In this document: positions 10,418 to 20,626 of the stretch, piece by piece
How the letters are laid out: every line of letters starts with the position of its first letter
Position numbering within the stretch: position 1 is the first letter of the stretch
Virus record (IMG/VR): IMGVR_UViG_3300025000_000004
Reading direction: 5' to 3' (one strand)
Source: an uncultured virus (IMG/VR IMGVR_UViG_3300025000_000004)
Lineage: Duplodnaviria > Heunggongvirae > Uroviricota > Caudoviricetes > Crassvirales
DNA length: 64,000 bases
Program-made: the position numbers and the translations under genes
The notes under the pieces: model-generated
What the model was told of the DNA's origin: nothing
The model's database searches: none
The model's input: the letters and a program-made list of their open reading frames with translations, nothing else

Positions 10418-12018
10418 TGAATATGATGTTAAAACAATGGGTAACGGGAGTTGCCGGAGGAAGCACTGATTGGAGTTCGTACTGGACTACACGAGAACCA
10501 TCGGATGCTGCCGTGACGATTACAAGCGACACAACGGCAACTGTGACGTGGACTGATAGTGCTGAAGCGGGTGCTGATGGTTATAAGGTTTATGCAGGTG
10601 CGGTGTTAAAGGCAACGGTAGCAGTAGGAGCGCAGACGGCTGATGTTACGGGACTGACGACAAACACACAATATACATTTAAGGTTGTTGCTTATAAGGG
10701 TGTAGAAGAAAGTATAGGAGATACCGCAAGTGATTGGACTGCGATGAAAATTCCATTAGCCGCAACGGGTACTGGAGCCGGTGTGGCAAATACGAGATTT
10801 TATTTTAGCGGAGTTAATGTAGTTGTAACATTAGATGGTAATGGTAGATGGTATTCTGATGCGGCAGGTACTTTAAATGAAAGCACATCATATACATTTA
10901 CGGCAGGTTCTTTGGTAACAAGATACCTGAAAGTTACAAGCGGAAATTCAAATATGCTTGTATTTGCAAAAAATAATTTAATTCAATGGGGTAATGCAGG
11001 GTCTGATGGATGGACGGCTTCAACTAATGCCCCAAATATTGCAGCGATGAACTTGTCTGCATTACCATCGTCATTAACTCATATTCAGATATTTGGAAAT
11101 AATACCGTTACGGGAGGTTTTGCATTACTGACAAGTTTGCAGCATTTTAGTTGTTCGGGCAGTAATACTATTAACGGAGTATTAAGCCAACTATCAACTA
11201 CGGTAACATTATTTAATTGTAGTGGTAGTAATACGATTTCAGGTAATTTAAGTTCACTTACAGCATTAACATCACTTAATACCTTTTCTGTATATGGTAC
11301 TAACACTATCACAGGAGACGTTGCATCGCTGCCTGATAGTCTGTTAAAACTTGTGTTATTTGGGTCTAATACAATCAGTGGAGACATAGGAGACTTACCA
11401 CCCGCTATGACATGGTTTGATGTTGTTGGAACAAATACCATCGGGGGTGATCTTGCAGATATGCCGCAAACATTTACGACTGCTTTTTGCAACACTGGAA
11501 CAAATACAATTACAGGAGATATTGCAAACCTGCCGCCAAATCTTATTTACACAATAATTACGGGGTATAATACCTGTTATGGAGATATTGCGGATTTAAG
11601 TGCGGTGATGAGAAGTTTCAATATTCAGGGCTTAAGTCTAATTGATGTCTATACATCAGGGCATACTTTCCCGGCAGTGATGGATACACTCAGATCATCT
11701 CCGGTAAATGGTCATGGATTGGATGTAACTGAAATAACAAACCTACTTATTGATATTGACACATCAACTACATCAGCATGGATCGGCAGTAAAACATTAA
11801 ACTTTGGGGTATATAACGCATCAATGGCTGATACAAGCGATCCGGGTATATGGGGTACATATTCAGGTGTGGATACTCCGTCTGATCTGGCAATAGCATA
11901 TAAGTCATTATCAAAAACTAAAACAGTAACAGTTACACTAACGGGAATAGTCAAACCTGCTGCGACGGGTGACGGCACGGGTTTCCCTGCCGGATTTGGT
12001 GATTGGTATAGAAGTTAG
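10417..12018 (+). CDS. FN3-domain plus leucine-rich-repeat-like protein (candidate receptor-binding protein)
   Basis: FN3 signature (VTW..DGYKVY..VTGLTTNTQYTFKVVAY) followed by ~22-aa repeats GxNTIxGDxxxLP. Confidence 0.65.
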   Translation: MNMMLKQWVTGVAGGSTDWSSYWTTREPSDAAVTITSDTTATVTWTDSAEAGADGYKVYAGAVLKATVAVGAQTADVTGLTTNTQYTFKVVAYKGVEESIGDTASDWTAMKIPLAATGTGAGVANTRFYFSGVNVVVTLDGNGRWYSDAAGTLNESTSYTFTAGSLVTRYLKVTSGNSNMLVFAKNNLIQWGNAGSDGWTASTNAPNIAAMNLSALPSSLTHIQIFGNNTVTGGFALLTSLQHFSCSGSNTINGVLSQLSTTVTLFNCSGSNTISGNLSSLTALTSLNTFSVYGTNTITGDVASLPDSLLKLVLFGSNTISGDIGDLPPAMTWFDVVGTNTIGGDLADMPQTFTTAFCNTGTNTITGDIANLPPNLIYTIITGYNTCYGDIADLSAVMRSFNIQGLSLIDVYTSGHTFPAVMDTLRSSPVNGHGLDVTEITNLLIDIDTSTTSAWIGSKTLNFGVYNASMADTSDPGIWGTYSGVDTPSDLAIAYKSLSKTKTVTVTLTGIVKPAATGDGTGFPAGFGDWYRS

Positions 12019-12049
12019 TGTAGTCGCTGTCAGCCGCTGAAGAAAAAGA

Positions 12050-12985
12050 ATGATGAATATACTGAGACGATATAAGACATTTGAAGAGATCCTCCCTTCG
12101 TTTCTTGCTGAAAAGCAGATACAAGTAGGGCGGAAGTCTTATTTATCGTATACTCGTAAATCAACAGTGTTTAATGAATGGTTACAAGAACAGAGCTTAT
12201 ATGATAAACCAATGCGAAAAATTACAGAACAACATATTGCCGATTTCTTTGTGGCAATAGCTCCCCGTTTTGATCGCCCTACTTGTCAGAAATTCTTTCT
12301 TACATTACGTTCAATATTTAAGTATGCTAAGAAAAAAGGGGAATTGGATATTCTACCATTTGATAAAGAAATGGTTGTTTTCCCACGTAAAGGGAAGGAC
12401 TGTTCGGCAGCATTGATACCATCCCATATAGTTCCAGTACTACTTGATGATATTAAAAAGCATGATCCACAGTTATTTTTAGCATGTATGCTTGAGTTTT
12501 ATTGTGGTATACGACCGGGGAGGGAGGTTCGATTAATACAGGTTCGTAATTTTGATCTTAAAGAAGGTATATTAACTATTGATGCAGAAAAATCTAAAAA
12601 CGGTAAGACTGGTCGAATAACAATGAGTGATGATTTGATTCAGATTTGTAAAGAGTATGGTATTGAAGAAGTTGATTCTAATCTTTATATATTTGGAAAA
12701 AATAAACATTTGGATATCGTTCCGTTATCTGAAAATATGTTGAGATATCGTTTTAATAAGTATCGTGATAAATATGGATTATCACATGATGTAAAGTTAT
12801 ATTCATTTAAACATATTGGAGCAAGTTATTTAGTTCATTCTAAAGTGCTGGATATACTTCAACTTAGAGATCATCTTAGACATTCAAATTTATCAGCTAC
12901 AGAACACTATGTAAAGAAAATAATTGGAGAAAAAAATGAAGCTATTAAAACTCAATTTCCTAATCCTTTAAAAGAAGTTGTATAA
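12050..12985 (+). CDS. Tyrosine recombinase (integrase/XerC-like)
   Basis: CGIRPGRE (catalytic R), KSKNG (K), YSFKH, HLRHSNLSATEHY (H, Y) motifs; N-terminal SAM-like region. Confidence 0.85.
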   Translation: MMNILRRYKTFEEILPSFLAEKQIQVGRKSYLSYTRKSTVFNEWLQEQSLYDKPMRKITEQHIADFFVAIAPRFDRPTCQKFFLTLRSIFKYAKKKGELDILPFDKEMVVFPRKGKDCSAALIPSHIVPVLLDDIKKHDPQLFLACMLEFYCGIRPGREVRLIQVRNFDLKEGILTIDAEKSKNGKTGRITMSDDLIQICKEYGIEEVDSNLYIFGKNKHLDIVPLSENMLRYRFNKYRDKYGLSHDVKLYSFKHIGASYLVHSKVLDILQLRDHLRHSNLSATEHYVKKIIGEKNEAIKTQFPNPLKEVV

Positions 12986-12993
12986 ATAAAGAT

Positions 12994-13305
12994 ATGAGAA
13001 GAGACGAATTTAAACATTTTATCGGATGCATTATAATCTCATGGTTTGTAATGTTATTATTCCATTTACAATGGTCTCCGATTATGTTTGTACATCGACA
13101 AACATATAATTGGGATGCAAGAATATCTATGTTAGTATCAACTTTTATAGCAGGTGCAAAAGAGTTGGTTTGGGATAAATGGTTAGGATTAGGAACACCA
13201 CAACCTTATGATTTCTTTTGGGGTTTTGTTGGAGCAGTTGTTGGTCCTGCTATATGGTTAATTGTTGAAACAATGTTAGGAGTGGCAATGCCTTTTCCTT
13301 GGTAA
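12994..13305 (+). CDS. Small multi-pass membrane protein
   Basis: Three hydrophobic segments; KHF..AKELVWD..DF pattern. Confidence 0.5.
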   Translation: MRRDEFKHFIGCIIISWFVMLLFHLQWSPIMFVHRQTYNWDARISMLVSTFIAGAKELVWDKWLGLGTPQPYDFFWGFVGAVVGPAIWLIVETMLGVAMPFPW

Positions 13306-13314
13306 ATAATAAAA

Positions 13315-13749
13315 ATGAGTTATAATTCTTCAAATAATGATTCAGTAATTCAACTTGGAGAAGGTTCATTTCCTTCTGATCAGGAGTTAGCTACATCTAT
13401 TCCTTTACCTTCATCTGTTCCACCTGACGAATTGGTTCTTACTGAGAATGACGATGCGATTCAAATTCCTGATCAAATACCTGCAGGAGAACAGGTTCTG
13501 ATAGACCCAATAGAGTTAACAGCACCTGTAGTATTTCCTACTGTTATAAGAGGTGACAAATATTATGTGCATACTCAGACAGTAGCATCAGATGTGTGGG
13601 TCATTACTCACAATTTACAAAAGCATCCTGCAATTCATATTGAAGATTCAACTGGACAAGAGATAATTGCAGAGATTGTTCATGTTACAAATAACATAGC
13701 GAGAGTATATTTTGGTGGACTTTACGTTGGAACAGCACATTGTAATTAA
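13315..13749 (+). CDS. Tail-fibre associated protein
   Basis: C-terminal HTQTVASDVWVITHNLQKHP..GTAHCN motif common in phage tail proteins. Confidence 0.55.
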   Translation: MSYNSSNNDSVIQLGEGSFPSDQELATSIPLPSSVPPDELVLTENDDAIQIPDQIPAGEQVLIDPIELTAPVVFPTVIRGDKYYVHTQTVASDVWVITHNLQKHPAIHIEDSTGQEIIAEIVHVTNNIARVYFGGLYVGTAHCN

Positions 13750-13752
13750 GAT

Positions 13753-16599
13753 ATGGCAATTAAATTTGGTAATTCAATAGATTTAAACGGGTATCAGATA
13801 ATGAACTTCAGAGTTCATGTATCTAATGCTGCTCCTTCATCTCCTGATGGTGGATCAATGTGGTTTGATGATATCAATAATATATTAAAATATCATAATG
13901 GTACAACTTGGGTATCACCTGTAACAGCTCCGTCAGTAATAACAAGTACTAATATACCTCAATGGAATGGTACATCAGGACTATTATCCAATGGATTATC
14001 TCTACAAACTACCATAAGAATAGCAGGTGTAGCAACAGATACTGCACTTGTTACAGAGAAAGCAATCAGAGATGCTCTTGATATAATAATTGGTGGTGGT
14101 GGAGGTGTTACAGATCACGGAGCTTTATCAGGACTTGCTGACGATGATCACACTCAATACTACAATCAGACAAGGGGTGATGCAAGATATGCTCTTGTAG
14201 GACATAACCATTCAGGAGTTTATTCTTTAATTGATCATACTCATACAGGAATTTACGAACCTATATTGGGTAATCCTTCAGTTAATGGTTATGTATTATC
14301 TTCTACAACAGGAGGAGTAAGATCATGGGTTGCTCAATCAGGTGGAACTACAGATCATAGTTTATTAACAAATCTACAAGGTGGTACATCTGGGGAATAT
14401 TACCATCTTACAGAAGATTTATATAATACATTTGAATACGTTCCCAATAGTGGTGATCCTTATTTAAGAGTTAAGTTACCGATAGCGTGTGATTATGAGG
14501 TTCAGGCTTATACCGATTTCTCACAATTTCCACCTACGATATGGGAATCAATGCCACTGGCTACTACAACAAGCATTGGTGGTATAATATATACTGCTGC
14601 AGGAACAAGATTTCTCAGAGAAGATGGAACTTGGCAAACTGTAACAAGTGGTAGCAGTATGGTATATCCTGCAGGTTCAGGTATACCGATAGTTGTTAGT
14701 GGTACATCATGGGGTACAACAATCGTTAATAATTCAACAAACTGGAATACAGCATATTCGTGGGGAAATCATGCAGGTCTTTATTCTTTGGTTTCTCATA
14801 ATCACTCAGGAACATATGAACCTTTCATAACTAAATCAACAGGTTATCTCAGATATACAGGTAGTGCATGGGAATTTAGAAATGAAACTTATAGTCTTTC
14901 AAGTCATAATCATGCTCATAATGATTTAACTTCTTTACAAGGTGGTACTACAGGTGAGTATTATCATCTGATAGCAAACATATATAATGCTCTTGAATAT
15001 GTACCCAATAGTGGAGATCCATATCTGAGAGTGAAACTACCTATTGCTTGTGACTATGAGATACAAGCATATACAGATTTTTCTCAGTTTCCTCCCACTA
15101 TCTGGGAAAGTATGCCACTTGCTACATCTACAGCAATAGGAGGAATACAACTTGGTTCAAGCAATGTATTATTTCTCCGTGAAGACGGTACGTGGGCAGC
15201 ACCCCCAAGCGGTAGTGGAATGGTTTATCCAAGTGGAAGTGGAATACCCATAGTATCAAGTGGTATGTCATGGGGTACTACTATTAGTCCTTCTACTGGT
15301 TATCTGAGATATACTGGATCAGCTTGGGAATGGAAGAATGAAACATATTCCTTAAGTTCTCATACCCATAGTGGAGTGTATGAACCAGCTCTTGGCAATC
15401 CATCAGTTACAGGATATGTTCTTTCTTCAACTACCGCAGGTGTAAGATCATGGGTAGCAATGACGGCAGGAGTAACTGATCATGGTGCATTAACAGGATT
15501 AGGAGATGACGATCATACACAATATTATAATCAAACAAGAGGTGACGCAAGATATAGTTTATTAGCTCATAGTCATGGTAGTATTGCATCAGCAGGAACT
15601 ATTTCTGTTGCAGCAATTACTCCTGCAAGTGGAGATTACATTGTTCTTACGGATGCTTCTAATAGTCATTTAGTTTCAAGAGGACCAGTTCTTGGTTCTT
15701 CTACTACTACATATTTAAGGAATGATGGTACGTGGGGTACTCCTGCAGGTACTCTTCCTGTAGATTCTACTTTACTTGATTGGTCTACTGATAGATATCA
15801 ACCTTATGCTGCAGCTGCTACAGGAGCATTTGATACAAGTGCTACTACTCCTACTGGTACAACCAGAATGAATTATGGTGGATATTTTTATGCTACTCAA
15901 TTATATGATGGTGGAACAAGAGTATCTACAATGGGTCATACTCATGCTGAGAGTGCAATTACTTTTACTGATATAACTACAAACAATGCTACAACATCAT
16001 TACATGGTTATCTTCCTAAACTTGGTGGTGGTAGTACTAACTTCCTTAGAGCAGATGGAACTTGGGCAGCTCCTCCGGGAACTTTAACTGGTTCAGGAAC
16101 AAATACATACTTAGCATATTGGTCAGGAGCATCAGCTCTTACAGGCAGCTCAAGTTTGACTTTTGATGGAAGTACATTAAGTATTGGTCAGGGAATTCAT
16201 CTTAATACTCCAAGTACCAATCAAACAGCATCAGGTATTAAGACTACTCTTACAGCAGGAGAGGCACTTGCTTTTGGAAATATGGTCTACATGAAGAATG
16301 ATGGTAAGGTATGGAAAGCTGCTGCTTCAGGTGTTACAACTACTCCTGTAATTGGTATGTGTCTTAATACTGTTTCTGCTAACGGTTCAGCTATTATACT
16401 ATTAAGTGGAAGAGCATATAATACTTCATGGTCTTTAGGTACAGGAGGTGATGAAATTTATCTTACAACAAGTGCAGGAGGTTTTTCAATATCAGCTCCA
16501 AGTGGTGTTACAGGATATGTTATTCAAGTTTTAGGAGTTGTACTATCTGCAACAACTATTTATTTCAATCCGTCACTTAATCAAACAGTGTTAGCATAA
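13753..16599 (+). CDS. Tail fibre protein with internal modular repeats
   Basis: 948 aa, Gly/Ser/Thr-rich; HxH motifs, repeated FLRxDGTW and DHGALxGLxDDDHTQY modules. Confidence 0.75.
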   Translation: MAIKFGNSIDLNGYQIMNFRVHVSNAAPSSPDGGSMWFDDINNILKYHNGTTWVSPVTAPSVITSTNIPQWNGTSGLLSNGLSLQTTIRIAGVATDTALVTEKAIRDALDIIIGGGGGVTDHGALSGLADDDHTQYYNQTRGDARYALVGHNHSGVYSLIDHTHTGIYEPILGNPSVNGYVLSSTTGGVRSWVAQSGGTTDHSLLTNLQGGTSGEYYHLTEDLYNTFEYVPNSGDPYLRVKLPIACDYEVQAYTDFSQFPPTIWESMPLATTTSIGGIIYTAAGTRFLREDGTWQTVTSGSSMVYPAGSGIPIVVSGTSWGTTIVNNSTNWNTAYSWGNHAGLYSLVSHNHSGTYEPFITKSTGYLRYTGSAWEFRNETYSLSSHNHAHNDLTSLQGGTTGEYYHLIANIYNALEYVPNSGDPYLRVKLPIACDYEIQAYTDFSQFPPTIWESMPLATSTAIGGIQLGSSNVLFLREDGTWAAPPSGSGMVYPSGSGIPIVSSGMSWGTTISPSTGYLRYTGSAWEWKNETYSLSSHTHSGVYEPALGNPSVTGYVLSSTTAGVRSWVAMTAGVTDHGALTGLGDDDHTQYYNQTRGDARYSLLAHSHGSIASAGTISVAAITPASGDYIVLTDASNSHLVSRGPVLGSSTTTYLRNDGTWGTPAGTLPVDSTLLDWSTDRYQPYAAAATGAFDTSATTPTGTTRMNYGGYFYATQLYDGGTRVSTMGHTHAESAITFTDITTNNATTSLHGYLPKLGGGSTNFLRADGTWAAPPGTLTGSGTNTYLAYWSGASALTGSSSLTFDGSTLSIGQGIHLNTPSTNQTASGIKTTLTAGEALAFGNMVYMKNDGKVWKAAASGVTTTPVIGMCLNTVSANGSAIILLSGRAYNTSWSLGTGGDEIYLTTSAGGFSISAPSGVTGYVIQVLGVVLSATTIYFNPSLNQTVLA

Positions 16600-16997
16600 T
16601 GGCGATAGCTTCTATAAATAGTATAATTGAAAGTGCAATAGCTTATTTTAATGGAGTTGCAAAAGTAAATATTGGAACTATAGATGGTGAAGCTTTTCCT
16701 GTTGATAGTATTTCTTTGTCTGCTGGAGCATTATATTATGATACCTATGGAGTTGCGTATGTTGATGACTATGTAACAGTTACATCTTCAGGAAATTGGT
16801 CTGCATCTATCCTTAATGACACATATAATATAATAGATTCATTTACAAATAGTGGAGCAAGTGGAGATCCTTTATATGTATCATTATTAAACAACAGTAC
16901 AATTACAGATTGTCATACTGCTACAATAACAGTTACTAAAGGAACTGCAAGTGAAGATTTGATTATTTATCAGGATGGTACAGTTTTAACTTGTTAA
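16599..16997 (+). CDS. Ig/BACON-like small tail protein
   Basis: VTVTSSGNWSA..ATITVTKG..IYQ pattern resembles BACON domains. Confidence 0.45.
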   Translation: MAIASINSIIESAIAYFNGVAKVNIGTIDGEAFPVDSISLSAGALYYDTYGVAYVDDYVTVTSSGNWSASILNDTYNIIDSFTNSGASGDPLYVSLLNNSTITDCHTATITVTKGTASEDLIIYQDGTVLTC

Positions 16998-17001
16998 GGA
17001 T

Positions 17002-20000
17002 ATGGCGACTTATTATGTAAGCAATAGTGGCAACGATGCAAATGCAGGTACTGAGTTATCTCCTTGGGCACATCATCCTTGGATGTCAGGATGGACTGGT
17101 AGTGCTACACTTACTGCTGGTGATACTGTACTTTTAAATAAAGGTGATACTTGGCATGATACTATTACTTTAGCAGCTAATGGTTCTGCTGGTAATCCTA
17201 TTACAATAAGTTCTTATGGTGTAGGAGATAAACCAGTAATTGATGCTTTCACAACTCTTTCCAGTTGGACACAAGTAGGTACTACCTCAGTTTATTATGC
17301 ATCAGCAACATTTGAAGCAGCTCCTCAAATGTTATTATTAGATGGTAGTGTAAGAGAGAAAGGTAGATATCCTAATACTGGATATAGAAGAATAAGTACT
17401 GTTGTAACTACTCCAGCTCCTGCTGTTGGGCAACCTGTAACATTTACTGATGCTACATTACCATCAAGTCCTGATTGGGATGGAGCAGAAATAGTTATAA
17501 GATTTGATAGATGGACACTTCTTAGGTCTGTCATTACAAATCATACTGGAACATCCATTACATTTAATACTCCATACACTTCTTTACCAAGAGTTGGTTG
17601 GGGATATTTCATACAAAATTATCCTGATACTTTAACAGACATTGGTGATTGGTATTATGATTCTGTTAACTCAAGAGTGTATATGCACTTTGGTTCTGAT
17701 GTTCCAGCTGATCATGAGGTTCGTGTAAGCACACTAAACTACTGTATTAACAACACAGGATATCTCAGAACATATAATGTTATTGATGGAATTAATTGTC
17801 AAGGATCAATTAGTGACGCTATTCGCATATGGAATAATGTTACATATATAAATGTTACTAACTGTGATATAGAATATACTGGTGGTGATGGTATATATCA
17901 ACACGGAGGAACAGGAAGTGTCATAGATGGCAATAATATGTCTTACAACAACTATAACGCAATAAATATTTTATACCCAAATACAACTACTATAACAAAT
18001 AATATAGTTACCTATACTGGTAATTATGAGGGATATGCAGATTCAGCAGATGGAAATTGGGGACTTGGAATTATGTGCAAAGGTAGTAATTGTGTTATTA
18101 ATAATAATACACTTACGCACATAGGATATATACCCATAAATTGGGGTGGAGAAAATACTGTTGTAGAGAACAATTACATAGACACTTATTGTTATATTAA
18201 AGATGATGGTGCTGGCATATATGTATTTAATGATAGAACAACTGGTAAAGAAGTAAATGATAATATTGTCCTTAATGCCATAGGTGCAGGAGAAGCTACA
18301 GACTTCCCAACAACTTCATCCGCTAATGGTTTGTATACAGATGGTGGGTCATCAGATGTATCTTTCACTGGTAATATCGTTGGATATATATCAAGACAAG
18401 GATATCACGGAAATCTTCCTGTTAATGTAACTTTAAACGGAAATACATTTTTTGAATGTAAACAGTTTATTGGGTTATGGAAATTTGGTAATGCTGGGTT
18501 CTGGGATGGTACGGGTATTTTCATAAACGGAATGGATATACAAAACAATAAGTTTGTATCAACCATAGCAAATAAAGATTTGCCAGACCTTATAGATTAT
18601 GAAAATAGTGCTGGCGAAATGTACGGCGGCAGCGTTTATGCAGAGGTTGCTCACTTTGGAACTATAGATAATAATTATTATTATACAGATAACGATTGTG
18701 CTGTATATATAATACACGATTCTTATCAATCAAACGCTCCTTATAGTATTGCAAGATGGACAACTGAATTCGGTCATGATGTTAATTCAGTAGTTGTTGA
18801 GCCAGAACCAACATATACTTTAAATTCTATTGGTTCAAACTTACTAACAAATGGAACATTCAATTCTAATATTAGTGGATGGACAGCGTCTTCTGTAGAT
18901 TTAACAGTAGCTTGGGACGTAACTGGAATAGGAGATGGTGGAGCATTGAGAATGACTTCAACTCAAAATAAGTTCTATTGGTGGTGGTGGAGTAATGCTA
19001 ATGCTGTAACTACTCCTATATCAGGTGGTGTGATAGATAGTAGCAAAAACTATATTTTAAGAGTTCTTGGTAAAAGTGCTATTGCTGAAAAAACATTATC
19101 GTTCAGATTGAATTCAACAGGAACTGGATTAGAAATACAAAGATTTTTTACTGTAGGTAATACTAATACACAAAAAGATGTATTGTTAAAGAATCCTGCA
19201 GATATAAGTTCTTCAGCAACTCTTAGAATAGTTGCTTGCGATGATCCTGTTGCAACTTACTTAGACAATGTAGGATTATATGAAGCTAATATAACTGAGA
19301 TAAATAGTAATACATACTTACACTTTGTTTATAACGAAACTTCAAATCCAAAAGCTTATCTGTTATCTTCAACAATGACTGATCTTGAAGGTACATCTTA
19401 TTCTGGAACTATTATCATTAACTCATGGGATAGTTTAGTTTTAATAGGAACTGGTAGTGTATTAGAAACATCTGTAACTCCAAGTAAGGTGCGTAATGGT
19501 TCAACAGTTTGGTCTCCAGCTGATCTTAAACAATATAGTTCTTTTCCAAAATCTGATGATATTACATTAGGTACTACAATTATGGAATGTAGAAATTTAG
19601 GTTTAAGTCATCTACGTCAAGTTGTTGTAGGAGATAGCAGTATGTTACATGCTCTTGGTAATCTTGATGGATCGTTCGTTGCAGGAGGAGAAAAAGGTAA
19701 AGTTAACGCTTGGGCAAGATATAAACCCGGACAGACGGCTTATGATTCAGCTTTACCTGTAGATTGTGATTCAAACCCTACTTTTCAATATACTCCACCG
19801 GGTTCACCTCCGGGAGTAACTTTGGGAGATTTTGCAGGATATTATCATATAGAAGATACTAAACCAACATATTGGGGATCACCGCATCAAGGTACTTATG
19901 TTATATATGGAAATACCGAAATAAGAGGTGGATTATCAAGAGGAAGATTATCTCCTATTCTTTCTTCTGATCCTGAAGATGAAACTTATTGGGATTGGAT

Positions 20001-20622
20001 CAGAATACAATGTTGGCTTAGTGTTGATTCGGGAGCTTACTCTCTTATAAGTACTACAAATATTTATGATTGGCTTGCTGATCCTGCTCCATTACTTTAT
20101 ACGATGGGTGCTCATAGTGAAGTAATAGGTAGTGATTATTCTCTTTGTTTAAGACCAATATACGTTGATCCTGCTGATGGTACTACTCCTCTTGCTGTAT
20201 GTGAAGGTGGTGTAGAGATACTTACTTATCGTAAATGGGGATCAGCAGAAGATATAGCTGATACGTTTACTGTAACTACAAATTCCATTACATCATATGA
20301 CTTAGGTGGTGGATGGATTCATATGCGTATTGACTATGACTTTAATCTTAATAATCTAATGACTAATGCGTTAGATTGTGATGTTAGATTACGTGTACAA
20401 GATAATGATTCTGCTTGGCAACAGGATTTCATAATAGGATATGCTACTCATATAGATGCTGAAAGCTTTGTAAACTTCTCTGATACTGATGTTGAAATAA
20501 CAGAAACTATTGTTGATGATGGTACATGTACAGTATATGTACAAGTAAGTTTTGATAGTGGAGCAAATTGGGTAACTATAGATACTCTTTCGACAACTTT
20601 ACCTTGTTATAATAATATTTAA
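17002..20622 (+). CDS. Right-handed beta-helix tailspike/depolymerase-like protein with a CBM-like domain
   Basis: YYVSNSGNDANAG N-terminus, Asn-rich beta-helix repeats (DDGAGIY, GLYTDGG), NLLTNGTFNSNISGW CBM-like start. Confidence 0.7.
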   Translation: MATYYVSNSGNDANAGTELSPWAHHPWMSGWTGSATLTAGDTVLLNKGDTWHDTITLAANGSAGNPITISSYGVGDKPVIDAFTTLSSWTQVGTTSVYYASATFEAAPQMLLLDGSVREKGRYPNTGYRRISTVVTTPAPAVGQPVTFTDATLPSSPDWDGAEIVIRFDRWTLLRSVITNHTGTSITFNTPYTSLPRVGWGYFIQNYPDTLTDIGDWYYDSVNSRVYMHFGSDVPADHEVRVSTLNYCINNTGYLRTYNVIDGINCQGSISDAIRIWNNVTYINVTNCDIEYTGGDGIYQHGGTGSVIDGNNMSYNNYNAINILYPNTTTITNNIVTYTGNYEGYADSADGNWGLGIMCKGSNCVINNNTLTHIGYIPINWGGENTVVENNYIDTYCYIKDDGAGIYVFNDRTTGKEVNDNIVLNAIGAGEATDFPTTSSANGLYTDGGSSDVSFTGNIVGYISRQGYHGNLPVNVTLNGNTFFECKQFIGLWKFGNAGFWDGTGIFINGMDIQNNKFVSTIANKDLPDLIDYENSAGEMYGGSVYAEVAHFGTIDNNYYYTDNDCAVYIIHDSYQSNAPYSIARWTTEFGHDVNSVVVEPEPTYTLNSIGSNLLTNGTFNSNISGWTASSVDLTVAWDVTGIGDGGALRMTSTQNKFYWWWWSNANAVTTPISGGVIDSSKNYILRVLGKSAIAEKTLSFRLNSTGTGLEIQRFFTVGNTNTQKDVLLKNPADISSSATLRIVACDDPVATYLDNVGLYEANITEINSNTYLHFVYNETSNPKAYLLSSTMTDLEGTSYSGTIIINSWDSLVLIGTGSVLETSVTPSKVRNGSTVWSPADLKQYSSFPKSDDITLGTTIMECRNLGLSHLRQVVVGDSSMLHALGNLDGSFVAGGEKGKVNAWARYKPGQTAYDSALPVDCDSNPTFQYTPPGSPPGVTLGDFAGYYHIEDTKPTYWGSPHQGTYVIYGNTEIRGGLSRGRLSPILSSDPEDETYWDWIRIQCWLSVDSGAYSLISTTNIYDWLADPAPLLYTMGAHSEVIGSDYSLCLRPIYVDPADGTTPLAVCEGGVEILTYRKWGSAEDIADTFTVTTNSITSYDLGGGWIHMRIDYDFNLNNLMTNALDCDVRLRVQDNDSAWQQDFIIGYATHIDAESFVNFSDTDVEITETIVDDGTCTVYVQVSFDSGANWVTIDTLSTTLPCYNNI

Positions 20623-20626
20623 AGCT

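Noticed and set aside
13753..16599. Diversity-generating retroelement TR/VR pair from the tail-fibre repeats
   Set aside because: Differences are synonymous rather than adenine-specific, both copies are in-frame coding, and there is no reverse transcriptase in the window
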